DNA of 32,250 bases from an uncultured Methylophilaceae bacterium (GTDB taxonomy: Bacteria > Pseudomonadota > Gammaproteobacteria > Burkholderiales > Methylophilaceae): contig CBILOJ010000001.1 in the NCBI GenBank assembly GCA_966238525.1, positions 1-32,250 on the forward strand, read 5' to 3'. Of this stretch, positions 18,813-29,137 are shown piece after piece; within the stretch, counting starts at the first letter, position 1, and the number at the start of each line of letters is the position of its first letter. A program made the translations under genes and the position numbers. The notes below the pieces were generated by a model. It ran no database searches, was not told the DNA's origin, and was given only the letters and a program-made list of their open reading frames with translations.

Positions 18813-19613
18813 CTACTTCAGACCGAGCACGTCTTGCATGTCATAAAGCCCCGCGGTCTTGTCGGCCAGATACTTGGCGGCGCGCAATGCACCAAGTGCA
18901 AATGTGGCGCGGCTCGATGCTTTGTGTGTCAGCTCGACGCGTTCGCCGGTACCGGCGAATAGCACCGTGTGGTCGCCCACCACATCGCCGCCGCGGATAG
19001 TGGCGAACCCTATGGTGTTGGCATCGCGCTCGCCGGTAACGCCTTCGCGGCCGTAGATCGCGCATTCGGACAGATCGCGGCCCAGCGCCGATGCCGCGGC
19101 CTCACCCAGGCGCAAGGCCGTACCGGATGGCGCATCAATCTTGTGCCGGTGGTGCGCCTCGATAATCTCGACGTCATAGCCCTCCGCCAACACCTTGGCC
19201 GCCGCCTGCACGAGGCTGATCAGCAGCGTGACGCCAACGCTCATGTTGGGCGCAAAGACAATGCCGATGTCGCGTGCTGCCGCCTCGATCTCGGCCTTCT
19301 GTTCGGCGCTGAAGCCGGTCGTGCCGATGACAAGGCCGACGCCGGCCTGACGGCAAGCGGCAAGATACTGCAGACTGGCTTCGGGGCGGGTGAAGTCGAT
19401 CAGCACGTCGGCGCCTTGCAGCGCGGAGGCAATATCGTCACTCACCCGGACGCCGGTCGTCTTGCCCAGCGGCTCGCCGGCATCGCGTCCGATCAAAGGG
19501 CTGCCCACACGATCCAGCGCCGCATGCAAGGCCAGGCCCTCATCAGCGATGATGCCTTCCAGCAAGGCATGCCCCATGCGGCCGGTGCAGCCCGCAATCA
19601 CTACTTTCAACAT
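18813..19613 (-). CDS. dapB: 4-hydroxy-tetrahydrodipicolinate reductase
   Basis: 266 aa. [18 protein letters not shown]..., and [16 protein letters not shown] is typical of DapB. Confidence 0.96.
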   Translation of the reverse strand: MLKVVIAGCTGRMGHALLEGIIADEGLALHAALDRVGSPLIGRDAGEPLGKTTGVRVSDDIASALQGADVLIDFTRPEASLQYLAACRQAGVGLVIGTTGFSAEQKAEIEAAARDIGIVFAPNMSVGVTLLISLVQAAAKVLAEGYDVEIIEAHHRHKIDAPSGTALRLGEAAASALGRDLSECAIYGREGVTGERDANTIGFATIRGGDVVGDHTVLFAGTGERVELTHKASSRATFALGALRAAKYLADKTAGLYDMQDVLGLK

Positions 19614-19764
19614 TTGCTTTCCATTCTCACAACGAGGCGGTCACAGCCGCTGTTTTTTCTTGTGTCGGCCGCGAACGGTCAGGCTCGATCATCGATCCAG
19701 CTGAAAGCCTCCCCGACAATTTGGCAGAACACATCGCTTTATTCCGCCACACCCATATTACGAA

Positions 19765-20640
19765 TTAAAAACCAATTTTTTCCAGCATGCGCTCGAAGTA
19801 GCCAGGTGCGCCCTCTGGCGGCAAATCGTCTTCGGGCGTGGGCTCAACCGGCTGTTTGGGTTCAGCCTGCGGCTTAACAGGTTGTGGTTGTGTTTCAGCC
19901 GGCACAGGCTCCGCCGCAGGTGGTGGTGCGGCAGCCGGCGCGGGGCCAGAATCCTGTGCAGGCGCGGGCGCAACCTCGGCAGGTGCCGCTGCGGGCGGCT
20001 CAGCTTCCGGCTCGGGTACTATGGCCGGTGCCCGCTCAGCTTCGGGCTGGCTCGGTTGGCGCTTGGCAGGCGCTTCTTGCGCTGCCGGCTGAGGCTCTTC
20101 GGCAGGCGCAGGTTCAGACTTGCTTTCCGGCGCTTTAACCGGTGCCGGGGAGCTCTTCTGCTCGCCATCGGGTTTCACCAGTTCTTCTGGTGCTGCTTGC
20201 GGCGTATTGATTTCCTCGTCGTCCTTCCAGAACATGAGTCGATCGAGCAAACCCTTGTCTTCCGACTTTTTGGTCTGCGTCTCGGAAGGCTGAGATTCGG
20301 GTACGGCAGGATCACGGCCGGCAGGGATCACATCGCCACGCACACGCTTGAGCGCATCGTTCTCGAACTCCATGATCACACGGCGCTGCTCGATGATCTT
20401 GCCGGCTTTGCGCATTTGGTAAAAGTAGTCCCAGCGGTCGGGATGGAAGCCATCCTGGATCAACGGCGTACCCATAATGAAGCGCACCTGGGACTTGGTC
20501 ATGCCAGGTTTGAGCTGCAGCATCATTTTCGAGGTCACCACATTACCCTGCTGGATATCCATCTTGTACGGCTTGATCGAAGGCAGGCTGGCATTGCAGG
20601 AGGCGCATAACAGCGCGAGGAGTATGATTATGTGGCGCAT
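19765..20640 (-). CDS. bamE: Outer membrane protein assembly factor BamE (SmpA/OmlA lipoprotein) with a long Pro/Ala/Glu-rich C-terminal extension
   Basis: The start is likely ATG 20640 or 20646 (MRHIIILLALLCASC, a lipoprotein-type signal). The BamE core is YKMDIQQGNVVTSKMMLQLKPGMTKSQVRFIMGTPLIQDGFHPDRWDYFY. It is divergent from fur, as omlA-fur is in Pseudomonas. Confidence 0.85.
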   Translation of the reverse strand: MRHIIILLALLCASCNASLPSIKPYKMDIQQGNVVTSKMMLQLKPGMTKSQVRFIMGTPLIQDGFHPDRWDYFYQMRKAGKIIEQRRVIMEFENDALKRVRGDVIPAGRDPAVPESQPSETQTKKSEDKGLLDRLMFWKDDEEINTPQAAPEELVKPDGEQKSSPAPVKAPESKSEPAPAEEPQPAAQEAPAKRQPSQPEAERAPAIVPEPEAEPPAAAPAEVAPAPAQDSGPAPAAAPPPAAEPVPAETQPQPVKPQAEPKQPVEPTPEDDLPPEGAPGYFERMLEKIGF

Positions 20641-20737
20641 TACCATGACTTTGGCTGGAAATGGCGCTAATATACCATGATGCCGATACGCTGATAAACG
20701 TAGCGGCAAATAACGAATTCAATGAATCCTAAGACCC

Positions 20738-21163
20738 ATGCGCGAGCCCAACGAACTCAAAAATGCCGGCCTCAAGGCCACCCTGCCTCGATTGAAGGTG
20801 CTCAGCCTGTTCGAGAACAGCAAGGAACGGCATCTATCGGCGGAAGACGTCTACAAGATTCTGCTGACTACCGGAGAAGATGTCGGACTGGCTACGGTCT
20901 ATCGTGTACTGACCCAGTTCGAACAGGCCGGCCTGCTGGTACGCCACCATTTCGAAAGCGGCAAGGCTGTGTTCGAATTGAACCAGGGCGGTCATCACGA
21001 TCACATCGTCTGTCTGCAATGCGGCCGGGTCGAAGAGTTCTTCGACGAAGAGATCGAGAAGCGGCAGAAAATGGCGGCAACCGAGCGTGGTTTCAAAATT
21101 CACGACCACTCGCTCTACATTTACGCCGACTGCACCAAGCAGCCCTGCCCGTACAAATCCTGA
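20738..21163 (+). CDS. fur: Ferric uptake regulator
   Basis: 141 aa. LKNAGLKATLPRLKVLSLFE...HLSAEDVYK...GLATVYRVLTQFEQAGL...HHDHIVCLQCGRVEEF. Confidence 0.96.
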   Translation: MREPNELKNAGLKATLPRLKVLSLFENSKERHLSAEDVYKILLTTGEDVGLATVYRVLTQFEQAGLLVRHHFESGKAVFELNQGGHHDHIVCLQCGRVEEFFDEEIEKRQKMAATERGFKIHDHSLYIYADCTKQPCPYKS

Positions 21164-21168
21164 AGCGG

Positions 21169-22821
21169 CTACAGCCCCAGCATTTCGCTGGCATGACGCC
21201 GCGTGGTTTCGGTAATCTCCAATCCGCCGAGCATGCGCGCCACTTCGTCGACGCGCTCGCGTTGATCCAGCCTTTCGATCCGGCTTAAGGTACTGCCGTT
21301 TTCCAGCGACTTGCTGACGCGCAAGTGCTGTGCGCCTTGTGCCGCCACCTGTGGCAAGTGCGTGATAACGAGTACCTGGCGCTTCTCTCCAAGCTGCTTG
21401 AGCAATTGTCCCACCACCTCTGCTACACCACCGCCGATACCGACATCGACCTCATCGAAAATCATGCTCGGCACCTCGACCTGCTGCGCCGTAACGACAC
21501 GAATCGCCAGGCTGATACGCGACAATTCACCGCCCGATGCCACCTTGGCCAGTGGACGCGCCTCAACACCGGCATGCCCGGCTACGAGAAATTCCACCTG
21601 CTCCAGTCCTGAGACCGCGGGTGACACCGGCACGAGGTCGACGGCGAATCGACCACCCGACAAAGCCAGGCGCTGCATTTCAGCGGTGATGGTAGTGCCC
21701 AGGCGTTGCGCCGCTTCCCTGCGGCCAGCGCTCAGCTCTTGCGCCACTGTCATGTAGGCCTGCTGCGCGGCGGTTTCGCGCTGGGCGAGTGCTTCGTCAC
21801 CACCGGCTGCATCGAGCTCAGCCACGCGTGCTTGCGATTGCGTCAGCAGCGCCGCCAGCTCATCGGGGCGTACGCGATACTTGCGCGCCAAGGTGTGGGC
21901 TTCCTGGATGCGCGCTTCCACTTCGGCGAGGCGTTCAGGATCGAGCTCGGCACGTTGCAGATAGCGGTTGAGGAAACGATCGGTTTCCTCCAACTGGATC
22001 AAAGCGGAATCCAGCGTATCCAGCGCTTCCTGCAGGCTGGGGTCGTATTCCAGCAGCTCCTGCAGCTTGTGTTGTGCCGCGACCAGCTGGCGCTCGGCCG
22101 CCATATCCCCTTCGCCGAGCAATTCGCGGCACTGTTCGGCGCCGGCCAGCAGGCTGGCGCCATGTGCAAGCTTGCTGTGCTCTTGCTGCAGCGGTTCCCA
22201 TTCTTCATCTGACGGCGCGAATTGCGCCAACTCCCGCGCCTGGTCACGCAACACGGCAAGTTCTTCAGCGTAAGCCGCAGCGTTTCGTTCCATCTCGATA
22301 CGGCGTTCATGCAGTTCGCGCCAGTCGCGGTAACGAGTCGCCACCTGTTGCGCCAAGTCGCCAAGACCGGCGTAGTCGTCGAGCACCTGGCGCTGGTAAG
22401 CAGGCTTGAGTAGCGAGTGATGCGCGTGCTGGCTGTAGATGTCGACCAGATATTCGCCTGCCTCGCGCAATTGCTGCATCGTGGCCGGCATGCCATTGAT
22501 GAAAGCGCGCGAGCGGCCATCGGCGTAGATGACGCGACGCAACAACAACTCGCCCTCGTCAGCCTCGATTTCGCTGACAGCCAGCCAATCCTTGAGCGCC
22601 GCCAGCGCACTGATGTCGAAGCTCGCGCTGATTTCGGCGCGCTCGCAACCGGCGCGTGTAATGCCGCCTTCGCCGCGCGCACCGAGCGCCAGCGACAGGG
22701 CGTCGACGAGTATGGATTTGCCGGCGCCGGTTTCCCCCGTGAGCACGGTGTAGCCGCGCTCGAATTCGAGATCGAGTGCATCGACAATGACAAAATCGCG
22801 TATGGATAAATGTTGCAGCAT
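21169..22821 (-). CDS. recN: DNA repair protein RecN
   Basis: 550 aa. The N-terminus is MLQHLSIRDFVIVDALDLEFERGYTVLTGETGAGKSI, followed by a long coiled coil and a C-terminal SGGELSRISLA...FDEVDVGIGG. Confidence 0.97.
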   Translation of the reverse strand: MLQHLSIRDFVIVDALDLEFERGYTVLTGETGAGKSILVDALSLALGARGEGGITRAGCERAEISASFDISALAALKDWLAVSEIEADEGELLLRRVIYADGRSRAFINGMPATMQQLREAGEYLVDIYSQHAHHSLLKPAYQRQVLDDYAGLGDLAQQVATRYRDWRELHERRIEMERNAAAYAEELAVLRDQARELAQFAPSDEEWEPLQQEHSKLAHGASLLAGAEQCRELLGEGDMAAERQLVAAQHKLQELLEYDPSLQEALDTLDSALIQLEETDRFLNRYLQRAELDPERLAEVEARIQEAHTLARKYRVRPDELAALLTQSQARVAELDAAGGDEALAQRETAAQQAYMTVAQELSAGRREAAQRLGTTITAEMQRLALSGGRFAVDLVPVSPAVSGLEQVEFLVAGHAGVEARPLAKVASGGELSRISLAIRVVTAQQVEVPSMIFDEVDVGIGGGVAEVVGQLLKQLGEKRQVLVITHLPQVAAQGAQHLRVSKSLENGSTLSRIERLDQRERVDEVARMLGGLEITETTRRHASEMLGL

Positions 22822-22841
22822 GCGTCAGCGATGGAAGACCA

Positions 22842-23705
22842 TCAGCCCCAATGTAGTTTTTGCCTGAGCATATCGTAGTGACTGTGGCCTAGCGGATGCA
22901 GCAGGGCCACGGTCTTTTGCGCGCGCTGCGCCAGAATCTTGTCGCCGGGCTGCAAGGCGATCTGCATCTGGCCGTCGAAATGCAGGCGCGCATCTTCCGC
23001 CTGCACTACTGCCACCTCAACCTTGCTCGCGCTACTGATCGCAATCGGCCGATTGCTCAAGGTATGCGGGCAGATGGGCACCAGCGCGATGGCGTCCAGC
23101 GTAGGATGCAGGATCGGACCGCCAGCCGACAATGAATAAGCCGTGGTGCCCGTGGGCGTGGCCAGAATCAAGCCATCCGAACGCTGCCGGTGCACGAATT
23201 GGCCGTCGATGTGCACTTCGAGCTCGATCAGGCGCGACAATCCGCTCTTGTTGACCACGACGTCGTTGAGGGCGAAACCCTGGCTGATGGTCTGACCATC
23301 GCGCATAACGACGGCGGAAAGCAGCATGCGCTGCTCGGTGTTGAATTCGCCCGCGAGTATGCTGGCCACGCCGTCGAGCATGGACTCGGCGATGAGGTCG
23401 GTCAGGAAACCGAAGCGGCCGCGATTGATGCCGACCAGTGGAATATCGTAATCGACCAATGCGCGCGCCACTGACAGCATGGTACCGTCGCCGCCGACGA
23501 CGACGGCAAGATCGGCATGCGCGCCGAGCACATCGATGTGTACCGTGGTATAACCCTGGATTTCCGACTGCTGCGCCGTGGCTTCCTCGACCAGAATGTC
23601 GATGCGCCGTTCGGTAAGATATTGCGCCAGCGTCAGTATCTGCTCCCGTATTTCCGGATTCATGTACTTGCCGATGATGGCAATGGTCTGGAATGGGCTT
23701 GTCAT
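22842..23705 (-). CDS. nadK: NAD kinase
   Basis: About 287 aa from ATG 23705 (MTSPFQTIAIIGKY...). GGDGTML and NRGRFGFLTD motifs are present. The 343-aa ORF in the track carries a non-homologous N-terminal extension. Confidence 0.93.
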   Translation of the reverse strand: MTSPFQTIAIIGKYMNPEIREQILTLAQYLTERRIDILVEEATAQQSEIQGYTTVHIDVLGAHADLAVVVGGDGTMLSVARALVDYDIPLVGINRGRFGFLTDLIAESMLDGVASILAGEFNTEQRMLLSAVVMRDGQTISQGFALNDVVVNKSGLSRLIELEVHIDGQFVHRQRSDGLILATPTGTTAYSLSAGGPILHPTLDAIALVPICPHTLSNRPIAISSASKVEVAVVQAEDARLHFDGQMQIALQPGDKILAQRAQKTVALLHPLGHSHYDMLRQKLHWG

Positions 23706-23876
23706 GGCTGGCATTAAATCATAGATTGTCGAAGCCGGCATAGTGCATGGCCGGCGATACATATTGCACGATACGCGCTGGTGCCGGATAATTTTCCAGC
23801 CCGGCGACCGCAAGCTCCGCACTGCCGGCAAAGCCTGATGGCTGCTGAACTTAGAGCGATTTTCGAACTCCACGGC

Positions 23877-24899
23877 ATGATGCTAGACAAACGCGCACAA
23901 ATCCTGCTCAAGACCTTGGTCGAGCACTACATCAACGACGGCCAGCCGGTCGGGTCGCGCACGCTTTCGCAGTGCTCGGGGCTCGATCTGAGCCCGGCGA
24001 CGATACGCAATGTGATGTCGGATCTCGAAGAGCTGGGCTTCATCGCCAGTCCGCATACTTCGGCCGGACGCGTGCCGACCCAGCGCGGCTACCGCTTCTT
24101 CGTCGACACCCTGCTCACGCTGAAGCCATTGCAGCAGCAGGAAATCCAACGCCTGGAATTGGCCTTGTCTTCGCCCGATCCGCAGGAATTGATTGCTTCG
24201 GCCGCGGGCCTGTTATCCAGCCTGTCCAGTTTCGCCGGCGTCGTCATGATTCCCCGGCGCAAGAGCTTCGCCTTCCGCCATCTCGAATTCCTGCCGCTAT
24301 CGGAAAAGCGCATCCTCGTCATCATCGTCAGCGCCGACGGCGGCGTACACAACCGCATCATTGTGGCCGACAAGCCCTACAGCCCGAGTGAACTCACGCA
24401 AGCCAGCAATTTCTTCAATCAGAACTACGCTGGCAGCACGTTCGAAGAAGTGCAGAAAAAACTGCAAAAGGAATTGCAGCAGATGCGCTCCGACATCGTG
24501 CGCCTGATGGCGGCGGCGATGGAAGCGAGCGACAAGACACGCGACAGCGACAAGGATGGCGTGGTGATTTCGGGTGAGCATAATCTGCTGCAGGTGGACG
24601 ATTTCTCGGCCAACGTCAGTTCGTTGCGCAAGCTGTTCGAAGTGTTCGAGCGCCGCAATACGCTGATGCAACTGCTCGACAACAGCCAGCAGGCGCAAGG
24701 TATCAATATCTTCATCGGCGGCGAATCAGGCTATTTGCCGCTCGACGAATGCAGCATGGTGACGGCGCCCTATGAGGCCAATGGCCAGGTTGTGGGCACA
24801 CTGGGCGTGATTGGCCCTACGCGCATGGCCTATGAACGCGTCATCCCGATTGTCGATATCACGGCAAAACTGTTGTCGAATGCACTGTCAAACTCCTGA
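23877..24899 (+). CDS. hrcA: Heat-inducible transcriptional repressor HrcA
   Basis: About 340 aa from ATG 23877 or 23880 ([30 protein letters not shown]...[18 protein letters not shown]), typical of HrcA. Confidence 0.93.
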   Translation: MMLDKRAQILLKTLVEHYINDGQPVGSRTLSQCSGLDLSPATIRNVMSDLEELGFIASPHTSAGRVPTQRGYRFFVDTLLTLKPLQQQEIQRLELALSSPDPQELIASAAGLLSSLSSFAGVVMIPRRKSFAFRHLEFLPLSEKRILVIIVSADGGVHNRIIVADKPYSPSELTQASNFFNQNYAGSTFEEVQKKLQKELQQMRSDIVRLMAAAMEASDKTRDSDKDGVVISGEHNLLQVDDFSANVSSLRKLFEVFERRNTLMQLLDNSQQAQGINIFIGGESGYLPLDECSMVTAPYEANGQVVGTLGVIGPTRMAYERVIPIVDITAKLLSNALSNS

Positions 24900-24948
24900 G
24901 ACGTTGATCGCGCCGTCGCAGCCCCACCTCCACTAAGCGGACTCCTGC

Positions 24949-26055
24949 ATGGCCTACTACAGACCTGAACCGCCCTACGCCCATGGCGAAACTCCGCGCG
25001 TAGGTATCCTGCTCGCCAATCTTGGTACGCCTGACGCGCCCACGGCTAAGGCCTTGCGCCCCTACCTGAGGCAATTCCTCAGCGACCGCCGCGTCATCGA
25101 AATTCCACGCGCGATCTGGTGGTGGATACTGAATGGTCTCATCCTCACGCTGCGACCGCGCCAATCCGCTCACAAGTATGCCCAGATCTGGAGCGCGGAA
25201 GGTTCTCCGCTGTTCGTGCACACGAAGAAACAGGCGAAGCTGTTCCAAGGCTATTTGAGCACACGCATCGCTTCCCCTTTTGCCGTCGAATTCGGCATGC
25301 GCTACGGCAGCCATGCCATAAGCGAAGCCCTGGAAAGACTCAAGGCGCAGAATTGCGACCGCATCCTGCTGTTTCCGCTTTACCCGCAATACGCAGCCAG
25401 CAGCAGTGCTTCGGCCATGGATGCGCTTTGGCAAGTATTGCTCAAGACTCGCAGCGTGCCGGCGATACGGACCATCAAGCAGTATCACGATCACCCGGCC
25501 TATATCGCTGCGCTGGCGCAAAGCGTGCACGAACATTGGGCGGCGCACGGCAAGCCGGACAAGCTCATCATGAGTTTTCACGGCGTGCCGCGTTTCACGC
25601 TGCTCAAGGGCGACCCTTACCATTGCCAGTGCCAGAAGACCGGACGTTTGCTGGCCGAGGCACTGGGTTTGGCGCAAGATCAATATATGGTCTGCTTCCA
25701 GTCGCGTTTCGGCCGGGCCGAGTGGTTGCAACCCTATCTGGCCGGCACCCTGGTCGAACTGGGCCGGCAAAAGACGCGTCGCGTCGACGTTATCTGCCCC
25801 GGCTTTGCCGCCGACTGCCTGGAGACACTGGAAGAAATCGCGATGGAAGGCAAGGCCAGCTTCATCGGCGCCGGCGGTAGCGAATTCCATTACATTCCCG
25901 CCTTGAACGAACGTAACGACTGGATACACGCCATGTGCGATATTGCACTGGACAATTTGCAGGGTTGGGCCAGCGAAGATTGGGACCGTGCGGTCGAGAA
26001 ATCCGAAGGCGAGCAAAGTGCCCTGCGCGCACGGGCGCTGGGCGCGAAAAGCTAG
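24949..26055 (+). CDS. hemH: Ferrochelatase
   Basis: 368 aa. [34 protein letters not shown]...[14 protein letters not shown]...SFHGVP. Confidence 0.96.
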   Translation: MAYYRPEPPYAHGETPRVGILLANLGTPDAPTAKALRPYLRQFLSDRRVIEIPRAIWWWILNGLILTLRPRQSAHKYAQIWSAEGSPLFVHTKKQAKLFQGYLSTRIASPFAVEFGMRYGSHAISEALERLKAQNCDRILLFPLYPQYAASSSASAMDALWQVLLKTRSVPAIRTIKQYHDHPAYIAALAQSVHEHWAAHGKPDKLIMSFHGVPRFTLLKGDPYHCQCQKTGRLLAEALGLAQDQYMVCFQSRFGRAEWLQPYLAGTLVELGRQKTRRVDVICPGFAADCLETLEEIAMEGKASFIGAGGSEFHYIPALNERNDWIHAMCDIALDNLQGWASEDWDRAVEKSEGEQSALRARALGAKS

Positions 26056-26061
26056 CCTGCC

Positions 26062-26070
26062 TGTTATAAT
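26062..26070 (+). promoter_or_regulatory. Extended -10 promoter element (TGTTATAAT) ahead of hldD
   Basis: It matches TGnTATAAT perfectly, 38 nt upstream of the hldD ATG in the 53-nt hemH-hldD gap. Confidence 0.4.
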
Positions 26071-26108
26071 CCAACATTCGCAACCCCCCGAAAACCGGAA
26101 CCCAAGGC

Positions 26109-27089
26109 ATGATCGTAATCACCGGCGGCGCAGGCATGATAGGCAGCATGATCGCCTGGCATCTCAATACAGTGCTGGAGCGCGATGATCTCGTTATCGT
26201 CGATCGCCTACAGCATCCCGAGCAATGGCAGAATCTCGTGCATCGGCAGTACGCCAACTATCTCGACAAGGATGAATTGTTTGACTGGCTGGAAACGGCA
26301 AACGAGATCGATGCCGTCATCCATATGGGCGCCATCAGCGCCACTACCGAGCGCGATTTCAACAAACTGGCGCAGGACAATATTCGCTATAGCCAGCGAT
26401 TGTGGGCTTGGTGTGCTGAACATCAAATACCATTCCTTTATGCCAGTTCGGCCGCCACCTACGGCGACGGCGAACAGGGATACGACGACAACGCCAACGA
26501 CATTGATCAGCTGCGCCCGCTTAACGGCTACGGCTACTCCAAGCAGTTCTTCGACCAGTGGGTCTTGCGCCAGGTGCGGCTGCAGCAGCCGACGCCGCCG
26601 CAATGGTGCGGTTTCAAGTTCTTCAACGTCTACGGACCGAACGAATATCACAAGGAACGCATGGCGAGCGTCGCGCTGCACAGCTTCCACCAGTTCAGCG
26701 AGCACGGCACGGTGAAGCTGTTCAAGAGCCACAAGGCCGGCTATGAAGACGGCATGCAGCTGCGCGACTTCGTCTATGTCAAGGATGCCGCCGCCGCGGT
26801 CGTACACTTCCTGCAGCATCCTGAGCACTCCGGGCTTTACAACATCGGCACCGGCCAGGCGCGTGCATTCAAGGATCTTGCCACGGCCGTCATGAGCAGC
26901 ATGGAGCGCACGCCGTCGATCACTTATATCGATATGCCGCAGGATCTGCACGGCAAGTACCAGTACTTTACCGAGGCCAATGTAGCGCGGCTGCGCGCTG
27001 CCGGCTTTAACGCACCGTTCCACACGCTGGAAGAAGGCGTGCGCGACTATGTGCAGAATTACCTGTTACAGCCCGACCCCTACTGTTAA
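26109..27089 (+). CDS. hldD: ADP-L-glycero-D-manno-heptose 6-epimerase
   Basis: 326 aa. [13 protein letters not shown] (Rossmann fold) and an SDR-type YGYSK motif. The context is gmhA, hldE and waaF. Confidence 0.9.
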   Translation: MIVITGGAGMIGSMIAWHLNTVLERDDLVIVDRLQHPEQWQNLVHRQYANYLDKDELFDWLETANEIDAVIHMGAISATTERDFNKLAQDNIRYSQRLWAWCAEHQIPFLYASSAATYGDGEQGYDDNANDIDQLRPLNGYGYSKQFFDQWVLRQVRLQQPTPPQWCGFKFFNVYGPNEYHKERMASVALHSFHQFSEHGTVKLFKSHKAGYEDGMQLRDFVYVKDAAAAVVHFLQHPEHSGLYNIGTGQARAFKDLATAVMSSMERTPSITYIDMPQDLHGKYQYFTEANVARLRAAGFNAPFHTLEEGVRDYVQNYLLQPDPYC

Positions 27090-27097
27090 GGACAGTC

Positions 27098-27661
27098 ATG
27101 AACAATGTCGACATCCTGCGTTCGGCCCTGGCCGAACATCAAGCCGTCATGACGCGGCTGGAAGCGCTACTGCCGCAGATCGCGGCGGTCGCCGATCTCA
27201 TGCACGGCTGCCTCAAGCGCGGCAACAAGCTGCTGTTCATGGGCAACGGCGGCAGTGCAGCCGATAGTCAGCACATCGCCGCCGAGATCGTTGGCCGCTA
27301 CAAGCGCGAGCGCCGCGGCCTGCCTGCGATTGCACTGACCACCGATACCTCCATCCTGACCTCGGTCGGCAACGATTACGGCTTCGACTATATTTTCTCG
27401 CGCCAGGTTGAGGCGCTTTGCGTGCCGGGCGATGTCGTCTTCGGCATCTCGACCTCGGGCAATAGCGCCAACATCGTGCGGGCAATCGAGACCGCCAAGC
27501 AGATTGGCGCGACCACGGTCGCCATGAGCGGCGGCAGCGGCGGCAAACTGGCAGCACTGTGCGATCACAACCTCGTCATGCCGTCTTCCGAAACGCCGCG
27601 CATCCAGGAAGCGCATATCTTCATCGGCCACATGCTGTGCGAGCTGGCAGAACTGGACTGA
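27098..27661 (+). CDS. gmhA: D-sedoheptulose 7-phosphate isomerase (SIS domain)
   Basis: 187 aa. [22 protein letters not shown]...[11 protein letters not shown] is typical of GmhA. Confidence 0.9.
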   Translation: MNNVDILRSALAEHQAVMTRLEALLPQIAAVADLMHGCLKRGNKLLFMGNGGSAADSQHIAAEIVGRYKRERRGLPAIALTTDTSILTSVGNDYGFDYIFSRQVEALCVPGDVVFGISTSGNSANIVRAIETAKQIGATTVAMSGGSGGKLAALCDHNLVMPSSETPRIQEAHIFIGHMLCELAELD

Positions 27662-27662
27662 C

Positions 27663-29129
27663 ATGCAGGAACGCCTGATTGAAACCGTACGCGACAGATT
27701 CGGTGGCACTGACCAGTGGGTGCTCGTGGTCGGCGATCTCATGCTGGATCGCTACCTGATAGGCGAAGTCGAACGCATCTCACCCGAAGCGCCGGTACCC
27801 GTCATCCTGGTCAAGCAGCAGAACGAACGCGCCGGCGGCGCCGCCAATGTCGCCGCCAACCTGGCCCAGCTCGGCGTCACAACGCGACTTGCCGGCTGCG
27901 TAGGCCATGATGCCGATGCCATCGCGTTGCTGCAGCTCGTCAACAGCATGGGGATCGCCACCGATGGTGTCCTGCAATCGGCGCATCGTCCGACCACAAC
28001 CAAGACACGCATGATGGGCGGCCATCAGCAAATGCTGCGCCTGGATCAGGAGAGCCGCGCGGCCTTCAGCACGGATGAAGCCGCGCAGCTCGAAGCGCTG
28101 GTCATGCAGCAACTTGCCGCGCGGCCGGCACTTGTCATTCTCTCCGACTACGCCAAGGGCGTGCTGAGCACCCCGTTCTGCAGGACGCTCATCCGCGAAG
28201 CCCGCAAATTGAAAATTCCTGTGCTGGTCGATCCCAAGGGACATGACTACAGCAAATACATGGGCGCTACCGGACTGACGCCGAACAAGCGCGAAACGGC
28301 CGAAGCCTGCCGCGTCGGTGCCGATGACGATGCCGCACTGATCCAGGCCGCATCCGAATTGCGCAAGACACTGGAACTGGAGTTTTTCGCGGTCACGCGT
28401 GGCGAGGAAGGCATTTCGGTCATCAGCGACAGTCACAATCTACACATTCCGGCGACGGCCAAACAGGTGTTCGACGTTTCCGGTGCCGGCGATACGGTGA
28501 TTGCCACCTTGGCGGCCGGTCTCATCGGCGGCCTGGATGTCGCCGAAGCCTTCCACCTCGCCAATATTGCAGCCGGCGTCGTGGTCGGCAAGGTCGGCAC
28601 AGTGCCGATCGTGCAGGAAGATTTGCTGCAAGCGCTGCTCACGCAGGAGTCGGCAGCGCAAGCCGACAAGGTATGCGATCTCGAAGCGTTGAAGGCGCGC
28701 GTCCTGCGCTGGCGCAAGCATGGCGAACGCGTTGTCTTCACCAATGGCTGCTTCGACCTGCTGCATGCCGGCCATGTTACTTATCTGGAAGCGGCCCGAA
28801 AAACCGGCGATCGCCTGGTGCTCGGCCTCAACACCGACCGTTCGGTGCGCGCACTCAAAGGACCCACGCGCCCCGTCATTCAGGAGCTTGACCGCGCGCG
28901 CGTACTGGCCGCTCTGGAAGCCGTCGATGCCGTGATCCTGTTCGACGACGATACCCCGCTCGCGCTGATCGAAGCTATCCGTCCCGACGTGCTGGTCAAG
29001 GGCAGCGATTACAGCGAGAACGAGGTCGTCGGCGGCGCCGAGGTCAAGTCATGGGGCGGTCGTGTCGCACTGATCCCCATTGTGCCGGGACGCAGCACTA
29101 GCGGCATTATCGAGAAGCTAGCCAGCTGA
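27663..29129 (+). CDS. hldE: Bifunctional D-beta-D-heptose 7-phosphate kinase / D-beta-D-heptose 1-phosphate adenylyltransferase
   Basis: 488 aa. The N-terminal half is a ribokinase-like domain (VSGAGDTVIA). The C-terminal half is a cytidylyltransferase-like domain (FTNGCFDLLHAGHVTYL). Confidence 0.95.
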   Translation: MQERLIETVRDRFGGTDQWVLVVGDLMLDRYLIGEVERISPEAPVPVILVKQQNERAGGAANVAANLAQLGVTTRLAGCVGHDADAIALLQLVNSMGIATDGVLQSAHRPTTTKTRMMGGHQQMLRLDQESRAAFSTDEAAQLEALVMQQLAARPALVILSDYAKGVLSTPFCRTLIREARKLKIPVLVDPKGHDYSKYMGATGLTPNKRETAEACRVGADDDAALIQAASELRKTLELEFFAVTRGEEGISVISDSHNLHIPATAKQVFDVSGAGDTVIATLAAGLIGGLDVAEAFHLANIAAGVVVGKVGTVPIVQEDLLQALLTQESAAQADKVCDLEALKARVLRWRKHGERVVFTNGCFDLLHAGHVTYLEAARKTGDRLVLGLNTDRSVRALKGPTRPVIQELDRARVLAALEAVDAVILFDDDTPLALIEAIRPDVLVKGSDYSENEVVGGAEVKSWGGRVALIPIVPGRSTSGIIEKLAS

Positions 29130-29137
29130 CGGTAATC

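Noticed and set aside
20711-20730. Possible Fur box or autoregulatory site upstream of fur (AATAACGAATTCAATGAAT with the palindrome ATTCA-A-TGAAT).
   Set aside because: Only about 10 of 19 positions match the GATAATGATAATCATTATC consensus by hand alignment, which is too weak to call without a genome-specific matrix.
22822-22900. Looked for a LexA/SOS box (CTGT-N8-ACAG) ahead of recN.
   Set aside because: None was seen in the 20-nt nadK-recN gap or the adjacent nadK 3' end. Only unrelated palindromes are present, such as CTGCAT-N12-ATGCAG. My manual scan is not exhaustive, so absence is not proven.
23706-23876. Looked for a CIRCE element (TTAGCACTC-N9-GAGTGCTAA) in the nadK-hrcA divergent region.
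   Set aside because: There is no match. cTTAGAGCG-N9-CTCCACGG lacks the inverted-repeat symmetry.
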